A DNA stretch of 64,000 nt from Gemmatimonadota bacterium (GCA_036679605.1 JAZDCZ010000386.1:123359-187358), one strand, 5' to 3'; positions 52,070 to 61,454 are shown, counted from the stretch's first letter. Numbers and translations: made by a program. The notes: generated from the letters alone by a model not told the origin.

Positions 52070-52921
52070 ATGATGACAATTGATCTGTCGGGTAAAGTGG
52101 CGCTCGTTACCGGTGGCTCGCGCGGAGTCGGGGCGGCGACAGCCGCGATCCTCTCACAAACGGGCGCACAGGTGGCAATCACGTACCGGGAGAGAAAGAC
52201 GGACGCCGAGGCTGTGCTGCGCGGGATCGAGAGAAATGTGAAAAGTGAAAAGGGGATCATAATTCAAGCCGATCTCTCGCGGGCCGAGGATTGCTCAAGG
52301 GCAGTGCAAGAGACGGTTGAGGCATTTGGCGGGCTCGACATTTTCGTTGCTAATGCCGGCATTTGGCCCGTCGACGACATTCCGGTACAAGAGATGGATG
52401 AGGAGAGATGGAGACGCACGCTAGGTGTTAATCTCGACTCTGTGTTCTTTGGGTGCAGGGCGGCGGTTAGGGCGATGAAAGGTGGACAGGGAAAAGGGAA
52501 AAGGGAAAAGGACGATGAAAAGGGAAAAGGTGATGTAGGGAGTAGGGAGTTGGGAGTGGGGAGTGCCAAGATTGTAATCGTATCGAGCACCGCGGCTCAG
52601 CGTGGCGAGTCGTTTCATGCCGATTACGCAGCGTCGAAGGGTGCGATCAATTCGTTTGTGAAGTCACTGGCGATCGAGGTAGCGCCTGAGATCAACGTCA
52701 ACGCGGTGGCACCGGGTTGGATCGACACCGAGATGTCGAGGGTTCCTTACGAGCGGGAAGCGGGAAATGGGAAGCGGGAAATCGAGCAGGCGGTACCGCT
52801 CAAGCGCATTGCGAGTGCAGAAGACGTTGCAGGGCCGATTCTGTTTCTTTGCTCGGATTTGGCGCGACACATTACCGGCGAGATTCTCAATATTAACGGT
52901 GGAGCGGTGTTGTGCGGATGA
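52070..52921 (+). CDS. SDR family oxidoreductase (FabG-like) with repeat inserts
   Basis: TGGSRGVG, NAG, YAASK, NAVAPGWIDT; GGAGG RBS. Confidence 0.9.
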   Translation: MMTIDLSGKVALVTGGSRGVGAATAAILSQTGAQVAITYRERKTDAEAVLRGIERNVKSEKGIIIQADLSRAEDCSRAVQETVEAFGGLDIFVANAGIWPVDDIPVQEMDEERWRRTLGVNLDSVFFGCRAAVRAMKGGQGKGKREKDDEKGKGDVGSRELGVGSAKIVIVSSTAAQRGESFHADYAASKGAINSFVKSLAIEVAPEINVNAVAPGWIDTEMSRVPYEREAGNGKREIEQAVPLKRIASAEDVAGPILFLCSDLARHITGEILNINGGAVLCG

Positions 52922-54204
52922 CTGAAGAAGTGAAGTTTCCCTCCAGTCTCCCGATCCCCGACGAAGTTCTTAGCATCTCGCAGACGCTCGAGGGCGCGGG
53001 GCATGAGACCTGGTGTGTCGGCGGAGCCGTGCGCGACAACCTGCTCAAGCATCCCAACAAGGACTTCGACCTCGCGACGGCGGCGACACCCGAACAGGTG
53101 CAGGGGCTGTTTCGCCGCACGATCCCTGTGGGAATCGACCACGGTACCGTCGGTGTGCTGGACAGTGACAACCAACTCCATGAGGTCACAACGTTCCGCC
53201 GCGATATCCGGACCGATGGGCGGCATGCGGTGGTCGAGTTCGGTGTATCGCTGGATGAGGATCTGGCCCGCAGGGATTTCACCATCAACGCCATTGCCTA
53301 CCATCCCCTCAAACACGAATGGCGTGATCCGTTTGACGGTGCACGCGACCTCGAGGCGGGTGTTATCCGCGCCGTGGGGGATCCGGCTCAGCGATTCAGG
53401 GAGGACTATCTCCGTATCCTACGGGCACTTAGGTTCGCGGCTCGGTTCCGCTTCACCATCGAGGACGCCACTTGGACCGCCGCCACAGCTACTGTTGCAC
53501 GGCTGCAACACCTATCCGCTGAGCGGGTGCGGGACGAGTGGTTCAAGGGGTTGGAGACGGCGCAGCGCGCCAGCGATCTCGTGAGATTGTGGGAGGTTGT
53601 GGGGGCGATGGGGGTTTGGATGCCCGACGTGGTGAAAAGTGAAAAGACAAGAGGTGAAGTAGGGAGTGGGGAGTGGGGAGTGGGGAGTGGGCATGCAGTC
53701 GTTGACAATCTTCCCTGTGATCCCGTTCTGATCACCAGTTATCTGTCGCGGGATCCGGCCGCCACCTTATCACGGCTTAGGTGCTCCAACGCCGAGGTGG
53801 AGCGGGGGAGGCGCATCGGCCAGTATCGTGATGACTTGCCTGATGCGAGCTCGGATCTGGCCGTACGCAAGTGGATGGCGACGCTCGGGAAATCCGTGGA
53901 CGACATCGTCGCAATTGCCGCTCTGGAGCAGCCAGAGTGCGGTCTGCACGATGCCGTTGAGCGGATGAGGCAGTCAGGCGCACCGCTCCAAATAGGGGAG
54001 CTGGCCATTACCGGGCGGGATCTAATGGACATTGGGGTGCCCGAAGGACCTGCCATCGGAGAGATACTACGAGATCTCATGGAGTTCGTGCTGCTGGATC
54101 CATCTAGGAATACCAAGGAGGATCTGCTGAATCGTGCTCGCACTAGTTCGACTTTTCCCTTTTCCCCTTTCCCTGGGGGTAGTGGGGGTGGGGAGGGCTC
54201 ATGA
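52918..54204 (+). CDS. cca: CCA tRNA nucleotidyltransferase / poly(A) polymerase family
   Basis: VGGAVRD, DFDLAT, DLARRDFTINA, RFREDYLRILRALRF, SAERVRDE. Confidence 0.9.
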   Translation: MTEEVKFPSSLPIPDEVLSISQTLEGAGHETWCVGGAVRDNLLKHPNKDFDLATAATPEQVQGLFRRTIPVGIDHGTVGVLDSDNQLHEVTTFRRDIRTDGRHAVVEFGVSLDEDLARRDFTINAIAYHPLKHEWRDPFDGARDLEAGVIRAVGDPAQRFREDYLRILRALRFAARFRFTIEDATWTAATATVARLQHLSAERVRDEWFKGLETAQRASDLVRLWEVVGAMGVWMPDVVKSEKTRGEVGSGEWGVGSGHAVVDNLPCDPVLITSYLSRDPAATLSRLRCSNAEVERGRRIGQYRDDLPDASSDLAVRKWMATLGKSVDDIVAIAALEQPECGLHDAVERMRQSGAPLQIGELAITGRDLMDIGVPEGPAIGEILRDLMEFVLLDPSRNTKEDLLNRARTSSTFPFSPFPGGSGGGEGS

Positions 54205-54920
54205 CCGCTCTCCTCTACGCCCTAGTCGCCGCCGCCGGCAATGTCGTGGGCGGGATCGCGGTCGCCAAGGGTGCCAACCTAGGTCTCAAGCTCATATCCG
54301 GCTGCGTCGCGTTTGGGGCGGGGTTCATGTTGTCCGTAGCAATCGGCGAGGCGTTACCCGAAGCCCTCGCACGTGGCGGCAGCAACGCGGCGATGTTCGT
54401 GCTGCTGGGGTATTTGCTGGTCCACCTGTCGCAACACACCGCGACCGAACACTTCCACTTCGGCGAGGAGACACACGAGGTAACGAGAATGGCCGGTGTG
54501 AGTGCGCTGGTCGGCCTGTTGCTTCACACCTTCTTCGACGGCGTGGCAATCGCTAGCGGGTTCGCCGTGAGCCAGGAGTTGGGCATCCTGCTGTTTCTGG
54601 CGATCTTGCTGCACAAACTCCCCGAGGGCGTGACGATCGCGAGCTTGCAGATCGCTGGCGGTACCAAACCCGGCCGCGCGGTCGCCAGCACCGCTCTCCT
54701 GGGCCTCGCCACGATAGCCGGTGTTATCCTAACCAACACCCTTGGCTTCCTCGTGGTTCACGGGTTGGCATTGTCGGCCGGCGTCACGATCTACGTTGCC
54801 GCGTCCAACCTCGTGCCGGAGTTCCAAGGCAAGAAAGGCTGGGGACTGCCGGTGGCGTTCTTTGCGGGTGCTGGAGGGTTTTTTGCCGTGAAAGGGTTAT
54901 TGCAGATGGCGGGAATTTAG
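54201..54920 (+). CDS. ZIP family metal transporter
   Basis: Multiple TMs; HFHFGEETH, LHTFFDG, LHKLPEG. Confidence 0.88.
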   Translation: MTALLYALVAAAGNVVGGIAVAKGANLGLKLISGCVAFGAGFMLSVAIGEALPEALARGGSNAAMFVLLGYLLVHLSQHTATEHFHFGEETHEVTRMAGVSALVGLLLHTFFDGVAIASGFAVSQELGILLFLAILLHKLPEGVTIASLQIAGGTKPGRAVASTALLGLATIAGVILTNTLGFLVVHGLALSAGVTIYVAASNLVPEFQGKKGWGLPVAFFAGAGGFFAVKGLLQMAGI

Positions 54921-54921
54921 G

Positions 54922-55019
54922 ATGTGAAAGGTGAAAGTCTAGCCTCAGACGCAAGCCTGGCACTCCCGCCGCTGCGCGGGCCCGGTCCTTTTTCACATTT
55001 CACTCTTCACATTTCACAT
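54922..55019. repeat. Short (empty) form of the palindromic element between GTGAAA/TTTCAC arms
   Basis: Flanks match those of the full copies but join at a single gctgcgc (54971-54977). Confidence 0.7.
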
Positions 55020-55020
55020 A

Positions 55021-56379
55021 ATGTCTGAACCCTCTCTTTTTTCCGGATCCCAATCCCGCCCTCTCGCGGACCTCATGCGGCCTGCCACTCTTGATGATTT
55101 CCTCGGTCAAGAACACATCTTGGGCGAGGGCAAGCCGCTGCGCGAGGCGATCCTGAAGGGCGAGGTAACCTCCATGGTTTTCTGGGGGCCGCCGGGTTCC
55201 GGCAAGACCACCCTCGCTCGTATCGTCGCCCACTACACCGACCGTCATTTCGAGGCGTTCAGTGCGGTGACAGAGGGAATCCCGCGGGTACGAGAGATCA
55301 TTAAGGAAGCGAAGCAGCGCCTGGAGTACGAGGGTCGCGGCACCATCCTGTTTTGCGACGAGATCCACCGCTTCAACAAGGCGCAGCAGGATGCGTTTCT
55401 CCCCTGGGTAGAGCAGGGGATCGTGACTCTCATAGGCGCGACGACGGAGAATCCGAGCTTCGAGCTCAATGCTGCACTGTTGTCGCGGCTGCAGGTCTTC
55501 GTGTTGGAGCCGCTGGCGGAAGGACAGATCAGACAGATCGTCCAGCGCGCACTGAGTGAAACGAGAAATGTGAAAAGTGAAATGACTGAGGTTCAGCTGG
55601 GCGATGAGGCCTTGGCGCTGCTGGTAAGGTGGGCCGATGGTGACGCCAGGCGGGCCCTAAACGCGTTGGAAGCCATTATCTCCCACGTATGCTCCGACAT
55701 TTCACATTTCACTTTTCCCATTTCACACGACGTAGTCGAATCCGTCCTCGCCAAACGCCTCCCCGTGTACGACAAGTCCGGCGAGTCCCACTACAACATC
55801 ATCTCGGCGCTGCACAAGGCGGTGCGCGGGTCGGATGTGGAGGGCGCGTTGTACTGGCTGGCGCGGATGATAAGTGCGGGCGAAGATCCGCTCTTTATCG
55901 CCAGGCGTGTGGTGCGGATGGCGAGTGAGGACATCGGCCTGGCCGATCCGCGTGCGCTCTCGATCGCGCTGGCGGCGAAGGATGCATTTCACTTTCTCGG
56001 ATCGCCGGAAGGGGAACTCGCGATCGCCGAGGCGGTGATCTATTTGGCCACGGCACCCAAGTCGAATCGTGTGTACGAGGCTTGGAGTAAGGCGATGAGT
56101 GCCGCAGAAGCACACCCCAACGAGCCTGTCCCCCTGCATATCCGGAACGCACCGACCGGTCTCATGAAAGAACTAGGCTACGGCAAGGGCTACCGTTACG
56201 ACCACGCGGAAGACTCAGGACTGGCGGCCGGTCAGGAGTATCTGCCCGATGCGCTCCGGGACGCCAAGTGGTACGAGCCGACGGAGTTTGGGTTTGAGCG
56301 AGATATCGCGAAGCGAATGGAATGGTGGGAGGAGTTGAAACAAAGGGCGGGAGAAAAGGGCGGTCAAGAAGGGCGGTAG
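55021..56379 (+). CDS. rarA: Replication-associated recombination protein A (MgsA)
   Basis: WGPPGSGKTTLA, DEIHRFNKAQQD, GATTENPSF, ISALHKAVRGSD, ASEDIGLADP. Confidence 0.96.
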   Translation: MSEPSLFSGSQSRPLADLMRPATLDDFLGQEHILGEGKPLREAILKGEVTSMVFWGPPGSGKTTLARIVAHYTDRHFEAFSAVTEGIPRVREIIKEAKQRLEYEGRGTILFCDEIHRFNKAQQDAFLPWVEQGIVTLIGATTENPSFELNAALLSRLQVFVLEPLAEGQIRQIVQRALSETRNVKSEMTEVQLGDEALALLVRWADGDARRALNALEAIISHVCSDISHFTFPISHDVVESVLAKRLPVYDKSGESHYNIISALHKAVRGSDVEGALYWLARMISAGEDPLFIARRVVRMASEDIGLADPRALSIALAAKDAFHFLGSPEGELAIAEAVIYLATAPKSNRVYEAWSKAMSAAEAHPNEPVPLHIRNAPTGLMKELGYGKGYRYDHAEDSGLAAGQEYLPDALRDAKWYEPTEFGFERDIAKRMEWWEELKQRAGEKGGQEGR

Positions 56380-56448
56380 AACTGGGCGGTAGAATTCGAC
56401 AGCGGGAAAAGGGAAAAGGTGTCAACTGTGAAATGTGAAGCTCCCCAC

Positions 56449-56564
56449 GCTGCGCATGCTCGGCACTGTCCCTCCGTGCGCTGTGGTTCGCGAGCAAGGC
56501 TGACATCCCAAGTGCTCTCGGCAGCGTCCCTCCGTGCGCTCCGGAACACCGCGGCATGCTGCGC
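56449..56564. repeat. ~117-bp palindromic element, copy A
   Basis: gctgcgcatgctcggcactgtccctccg...ccggaacaccgcggcatgctgcgc. Confidence 0.9.
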
Positions 56565-56806
56565 GAGGGTGGCCTCGATCCAACCCAATTGATCCGAGTA
56601 TCGGAGAATGTCGGTCGATCTACGGCATATTTGCGGTCACAATCCGGTATATTACCCGAGCAAAATGAGTGTTATGGGAGTGCTGGTGGGGAGTGGAGAC
56701 GATTCCGGCCTGAGGTCGGAGCGGCAGATTGGTGGTGTGTTCTGACGATTCCTAAACTGAACGCAAGGGTCTGGAGACATCCGACGAGTCACGAGGAAAG
56801 GAGAAT

Positions 56807-56950
56807 ATGTACATAGGACCAGAAACTCTGATGCCTCTCGCGTCTGTACTTGCAGCCATCACGGGCATCGTTCTGATGTTTTGGCGTAAGGTAGCGGGAT
56901 TCGTGCGCAACACCGTGCAATACATCGGTACGAAGGCGTTCAAACGATAG
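56807..56950 (+). CDS. 47-aa small membrane protein, below the ORF-track cutoff
   Basis: AAAGGAGA RBS; MYIGPETLMPLASVLAAITGIVLMFWRKVAGFVRNTVQYIGTKAFKR, one TM and a basic tail. Confidence 0.75.
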   Translation: MYIGPETLMPLASVLAAITGIVLMFWRKVAGFVRNTVQYIGTKAFKR

Positions 56951-57005
56951 CCGACCGGTCCCGTACGTTTCGAAGAAAGCGGTGGACCTGCAGAAGTAGT
57001 TCAAT

Positions 57006-58859
57006 GTGACTGCTGTGAATCGTGTGATAGTCATCGGACTCGACGGGCTGGAGCCCACCATCGTAGATCCCATGCTGGGCTCCGGCCAGCTCCCGAATCT
57101 GGCCCAAATTCAATCGGCAGGCGCGTACTCCAGAATTGCCACTACATACCCGGCCCAAACACCGGTCGCATGGTCGACTTTCGCGACCGGGCGGGACCCC
57201 GGTGGACACGGCATCTTCGACTTCATATATCGTGATCCGGAAACGTATCTGCCCGACCTGTCGCTCAGCAGATACGAGCAATCACGCGGGTTTCTTCCTC
57301 CTAAGGCGGTAAATCGGCGTGGCGGGGTGCCGGTCTGGAATGTCCTCTCTGCGGCGGGTGTGCCGTCCACGGTACTGCGCTGCCCTTGTACCTATCCCCC
57401 TGACGACCTCCGCGGCAGAATGCTCTCCGGTATGGGGGTCCCGGATATTCGAGGTGGACTGGGAACTGCGACGTTCTATTCGTCGGCTGATGACGTCACA
57501 GCGGGCGAGAGCGAAAACGCGATCACTGTCGCATACGAAGGTCAGGATCGCATCTCCACTCACTTGATCGGCCCGCGCAATCCCAAGACCGGTGAGGACG
57601 TCCGGTTGCCCATTGGAATCGACGTGGACCGCGACAATCATAGAGTGGTGGTAAGGAGCGCCGGAGATCCCAAAGCGCTAGCCGTGGATGAGGGCGAGTG
57701 GAGCGATTGGCTGCGGGTGAAGTTCAAGGTGGGGATGTTGCAGTCCGTATGGGGCCGCGTGCGGTTCCATCTGGTCAGTGTAGCTCCGACCTTCGAACTC
57801 TATGCCTCGCCGATAAACTTCGATGCCAACACTCCCATGTTTCCAATTAGTTCGCCCTGGGAATATGCAGGCGAGCTTGCTCGTAAGTTGGGTCCATTCT
57901 ATACGACAGGAATGGTCGAGGATCATACTGGTTTGACCAATGGACGTTTCGGTGAGGAGGCGTTTCTCGATCAATGCAACCAGGTCCTCGATGAACGCGA
58001 GCGGATGATGACCTACGAGTTGGAGCGGTTCGATCGTGGACTGTTCTACTGTCTCTTCGACACTCCCGATCGAGTTCAGCACATGTTTTGGCGATTCCGG
58101 GAGCCGGACCACCCGGCGAACATCAATGGCGTCAACGATGCGATGGCCGGCGTCATCGAGAATCATTATCGTAAATGCGACGCGATTGTAGGAAGGGCGC
58201 TGGAGTTTGCCGACGACAGTACATTGGTGATGGTGTTGAGCGATCATGGGTTCAACAGTTTCCGACGTGGGTTCAACATTAATACGTGGCTCCATGACAA
58301 CGGATTCCTAGCACTGAAAGACGGCGCTGTGCCTGGTGATGACGCGGGGGAGTTGTTTCACAACGTGGATTGGGGTAGAACCAAGGCCTATGCCCTCGGG
58401 CTTGGAGGCATATACCTGAACCTCAGGGGGCGGGAGAGTGAGGGCACAGTGGCTGACTCTGACGTGCCCGATGTGTCCAGTGATATCGTAGCGCGGCTGA
58501 CGGAACTGGAAGATCATGAACGGAGTACCGTTGCCATCCGCGGAGTCTCCCGCCGCGCGGAGATTTATAGCGGCGCCTATGTCGAAAACGCGCCGGATCT
58601 AGTGGTCAACTTCGCCGCAGGTTATAGGGCGTCGTGGGGTACTGCGTTGGGTGGCATTCCTGCGGGTCACTTTGAGGATAACACTAGGCGGTGGAGCGGA
58701 GATCATATCATCGATCCGACTCTGGTGCCCGGTGTGCTCTTCATGAATCGGCCGTTTGCTGACAGCGGCGCGCGGCTGTTGGACATGGCTCCGACCATAC
58801 TGCACGCGCTCGGAGTTGAAAAAGGCGCCGAGATGGGGGGAGAGTCGTTGCTGCAATGA
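57006..58859 (+). CDS. Alkaline phosphatase superfamily protein (nucleotide pyrophosphatase/phosphodiesterase type)
   Basis: VIGLDG, TPVAWSTFATG.DPG.HGIFDF, DRVQHMFW, VLSDHGF, SGDH. Confidence 0.88.
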   Translation: MTAVNRVIVIGLDGLEPTIVDPMLGSGQLPNLAQIQSAGAYSRIATTYPAQTPVAWSTFATGRDPGGHGIFDFIYRDPETYLPDLSLSRYEQSRGFLPPKAVNRRGGVPVWNVLSAAGVPSTVLRCPCTYPPDDLRGRMLSGMGVPDIRGGLGTATFYSSADDVTAGESENAITVAYEGQDRISTHLIGPRNPKTGEDVRLPIGIDVDRDNHRVVVRSAGDPKALAVDEGEWSDWLRVKFKVGMLQSVWGRVRFHLVSVAPTFELYASPINFDANTPMFPISSPWEYAGELARKLGPFYTTGMVEDHTGLTNGRFGEEAFLDQCNQVLDERERMMTYELERFDRGLFYCLFDTPDRVQHMFWRFREPDHPANINGVNDAMAGVIENHYRKCDAIVGRALEFADDSTLVMVLSDHGFNSFRRGFNINTWLHDNGFLALKDGAVPGDDAGELFHNVDWGRTKAYALGLGGIYLNLRGRESEGTVADSDVPDVSSDIVARLTELEDHERSTVAIRGVSRRAEIYSGAYVENAPDLVVNFAAGYRASWGTALGGIPAGHFEDNTRRWSGDHIIDPTLVPGVLFMNRPFADSGARLLDMAPTILHALGVEKGAEMGGESLLQ

Positions 58860-60322
58860 AGACACTGATCATAGGGCTCGACTGCGCTGCCCCGGAGATT
58901 CTCTTGGGTGACGAGAGTTTGACAAACTTTCGGCACTTAATGGGCGCAGGGTGCTACGGGCGTCTGGAAAGTGTTGTGCCGCCGATCACGGTGCCGGCGT
59001 GGATGTGCATGTCCACCAGTCAGGACCCGGGCTCACTCGGTGTATACGGGTTCCGCAATCGAGCCGACCACACCTATTCGGGGCTCGAGATAGTAAATTC
59101 GCGTTCAATTCGTGCCTTGTCGATTTGGGATCAGGTGGCCATGGAGGGGGGACGCTCGGTTGTGATTGGTGTTCCGCCGTCGTTCCCACCCAGGAAGGTC
59201 AACGGTATATGTGTTGGTTGCTTCATGACGCCCGATACCTCGACCGACGATTACACGCACCCGGCGAGTGTGAAGGATGAGATCGCGGCACTTGTAGGGG
59301 AGTACCCGGTCGACGTCAAAGGCTTTAGGACCGATGACAAGGATTGGCTGCGGGACCATATCTTTGAGATGAGTCGCACTCAGTTCAAGGTGATAAGGCA
59401 CTATCTGGAAAGCGCCGAATGGGATCACTTTCAGTTCGTGGATATTGGACTCGACAGAGTGCATCACGGCTTCTGGAAATACCACGATCCCGAGCACCGG
59501 CACTACGAGGCCGGCAATCAATATGAGAATGTGATCCGCGAATACTACCGGCATCTCGACGTGGAAGTCGGGCGACTGCTGGGCATGCTGACGGATGATA
59601 CCGTGGTGCTGGTCGTCTCGGACCATGGCGCGCGCGCGCTCGACGGCGGCTTCTGTGTCAACGAATGGCTCGTGAAGGAAAAGTTACTGGTGCTCAACCG
59701 CTATCCCGACGCAGTGACACCGTTCAGTGAACTGGATGTGGATTGGAGCAAGACGAAAGTCTGGAGTGAAGGCGGATACTACGCGCGCGTATTTCTCAAC
59801 GTCAAGGGGAGAGAACCGCAGGGCACGATCGATCCATCCGATTACGAGGCGGTGCGAGATGAGGTCAAGGCGTTGTTCGAGGCTACGGTAGACGACGAAG
59901 GCGAACAGATGGGAACACTCGTCTTCAAGCCCGAAGAGCTCTATGCGATGGTCAAGAATGTAGCTCCGGATCTCATCGTTCACTTCGGCGCCCTCGCCTG
60001 GCGTTCGATCGGAGGTGTCGGTTACGACACCATTCACGTGCAGGAGAACGACACCGGTCCGGATGACTGTAACCACGCGCAGTTCGGTGCCTTCATCCTG
60101 GCATCCGGTAACAATCCGCTGAGCGGGGAGCTTGAAGGCACGCGTCTCCTCGACATGGTACCCACGGTGCTCGAACTCGGCGGCCATGACATCCCCGACT
60201 CCATGCAAGGTCGATCCCTGGTACACGGTGTCTCAAGCGACGGTGACACACCTCCCGTAATGCCCGAGGATCGTGAGGCGCTCATCCGCGAAAGGCTGAA
60301 AGGCCTCGGCTATATCTCCTGA
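58856..60322 (+). CDS. Alkaline phosphatase superfamily protein (nucleotide pyrophosphatase/phosphodiesterase type)
   Basis: IIGLDCA, PITVPAW, DRVHHGFW, VSDHGA, C-terminal RLKGLGYI. Confidence 0.88.
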   Translation: MKTLIIGLDCAAPEILLGDESLTNFRHLMGAGCYGRLESVVPPITVPAWMCMSTSQDPGSLGVYGFRNRADHTYSGLEIVNSRSIRALSIWDQVAMEGGRSVVIGVPPSFPPRKVNGICVGCFMTPDTSTDDYTHPASVKDEIAALVGEYPVDVKGFRTDDKDWLRDHIFEMSRTQFKVIRHYLESAEWDHFQFVDIGLDRVHHGFWKYHDPEHRHYEAGNQYENVIREYYRHLDVEVGRLLGMLTDDTVVLVVSDHGARALDGGFCVNEWLVKEKLLVLNRYPDAVTPFSELDVDWSKTKVWSEGGYYARVFLNVKGREPQGTIDPSDYEAVRDEVKALFEATVDDEGEQMGTLVFKPEELYAMVKNVAPDLIVHFGALAWRSIGGVGYDTIHVQENDTGPDDCNHAQFGAFILASGNNPLSGELEGTRLLDMVPTVLELGGHDIPDSMQGRSLVHGVSSDGDTPPVMPEDREALIRERLKGLGYIS

Positions 60323-60409
60323 CCACTGCGGCGTCTTTGCGCGGACCTTTCGGGGGCAGATTAGGGAAAAGGACGTCAGCTGTGAAAAGTGAAATGTGAA
60401 GCTCCCCAC

Positions 60410-60525
60410 GCCTCGCATGCTCGGCACTGTCCCTCCGTGCGCTGTGGTTCGCGAGCAAGGCTGGACATCCTAAGGCTCTGGGCCGCGAACCAACGCGCGC
60501 TCCGGAACACCGCGGCATGCTGCGC
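60410..60525. repeat. ~117-bp palindromic element, copy B
   Basis: Close to copy A in its first half; gtgaaa arm on the left, tttcac arm on the right. Confidence 0.9.
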
Positions 60526-60588
60526 GGGCCCAGGCCTTTTTCACGTGTCACATTTCACATTTCACGTCTCAAGGCTGGCACTCCCGTC

Positions 60589-60728
60589 GCTGCGCATGCT
60601 CGGCACTCTCACCGCTCCGCATGCCGGCACTGTCCCTCCGTGCGCTGCGGTTCGCTTGCAAGATCGGAGATCCCAAGTAGTTCTGCCGCTCACCAACGCG
60701 CGCTCCGGAACACCGCGGCATGCTGCGC
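60589..60728. repeat. Palindromic element, copy C, with a short internal duplication
   Basis: Same termini; the gctNcgcatgc..cggcact start occurs twice. Confidence 0.88.
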
Positions 60729-60751
60729 GGCCAGCATTGATCCCAACGCAA

Positions 60752-60780
60752 TTGACACAGAGTATCTGAGAATGTAGCTT
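60752..60780 (+). promoter_or_regulatory. Possible sigma70 promoter followed by an inverted repeat
   Basis: TTGACA-17 nt-TAGCTT, then atttaccgc-N6-gcggtaaat at 60782-60805. Confidence 0.5.
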
Positions 60781-60893
60781 GATTTACCGCGTATTAGCGG
60801 TAAATATCCGGTAGATTAACCGGTAAAATGAGTGTTATGAGGGGAATTGTGTGGCATGGTGGCAACTTCCGCGAAGAGCTACGAGGTGGACTG

Positions 60894-61250
60894 ATGCGAA
60901 TCGAAACAACTTTGACGGACGAGCTGGAGCTGAAACAACTGGAATGGGTGCGCAGCACACTCGGCGTGAAGAAAAACGCCGCGGTGCTTCGGGATGCGTT
61001 GGTACTGCTCGCGTGGGCTGTCAGAGAGATAATGGAGGGTCGCCGGATTGCCAGCATAGATCGCCAAGGGTCCAGCCTGCGCGAGTTCAGCAGCCCACTG
61101 TTGGATAGGGCTACATGGTTGCAGCGTGACACAATCGAGTTGACCCCAGACGGATTCGCACGGGTTGCCGAGCTTGTCAGTACTCCGCCGGCACCCACCG
61201 GAGAGTTGCGAGAACTGTTGAGGGAAAAGGATGTGAAGAGTGAAAGGTGA
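60894..61250 (+). CDS. Antitoxin-like protein (RHH-like N-terminus, DUF1778-like C-terminus)
   Basis: C-terminal IELTPDGFARVAELVSTPPAPTGELRELL resembles DUF1778/TacA; GAGG RBS. Confidence 0.5.
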   Translation: MRIETTLTDELELKQLEWVRSTLGVKKNAAVLRDALVLLAWAVREIMEGRRIASIDRQGSSLREFSSPLLDRATWLQRDTIELTPDGFARVAELVSTPPAPTGELRELLREKDVKSER

Positions 61251-61286
61251 AACTCTAACCCCAGGCGCAAGACTCCAGCTTCCGTC

Positions 61287-61403
61287 GCTCCGCATGCTCG
61301 GGACTGTCCCTCCGCGCCCTGCAGTTCGCTAGCCAGGGCCAGAGATCCAACTCAGTTCTGCCGCTCACCGACGCGCTCTCCGGGACACCCCGGCACGCTG
61401 CGC
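61287..61403. repeat. ~117-bp palindromic element, copy D
   Basis: gctccgcatgctcggg...gggacaccccggcacgctgcgc inside heptamer arms. Confidence 0.9.
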
Positions 61404-61454
61404 GTCGGCTCTTTTCACCTTTCACATTTCACATCTCAAGCCTGGGGCTCACCT

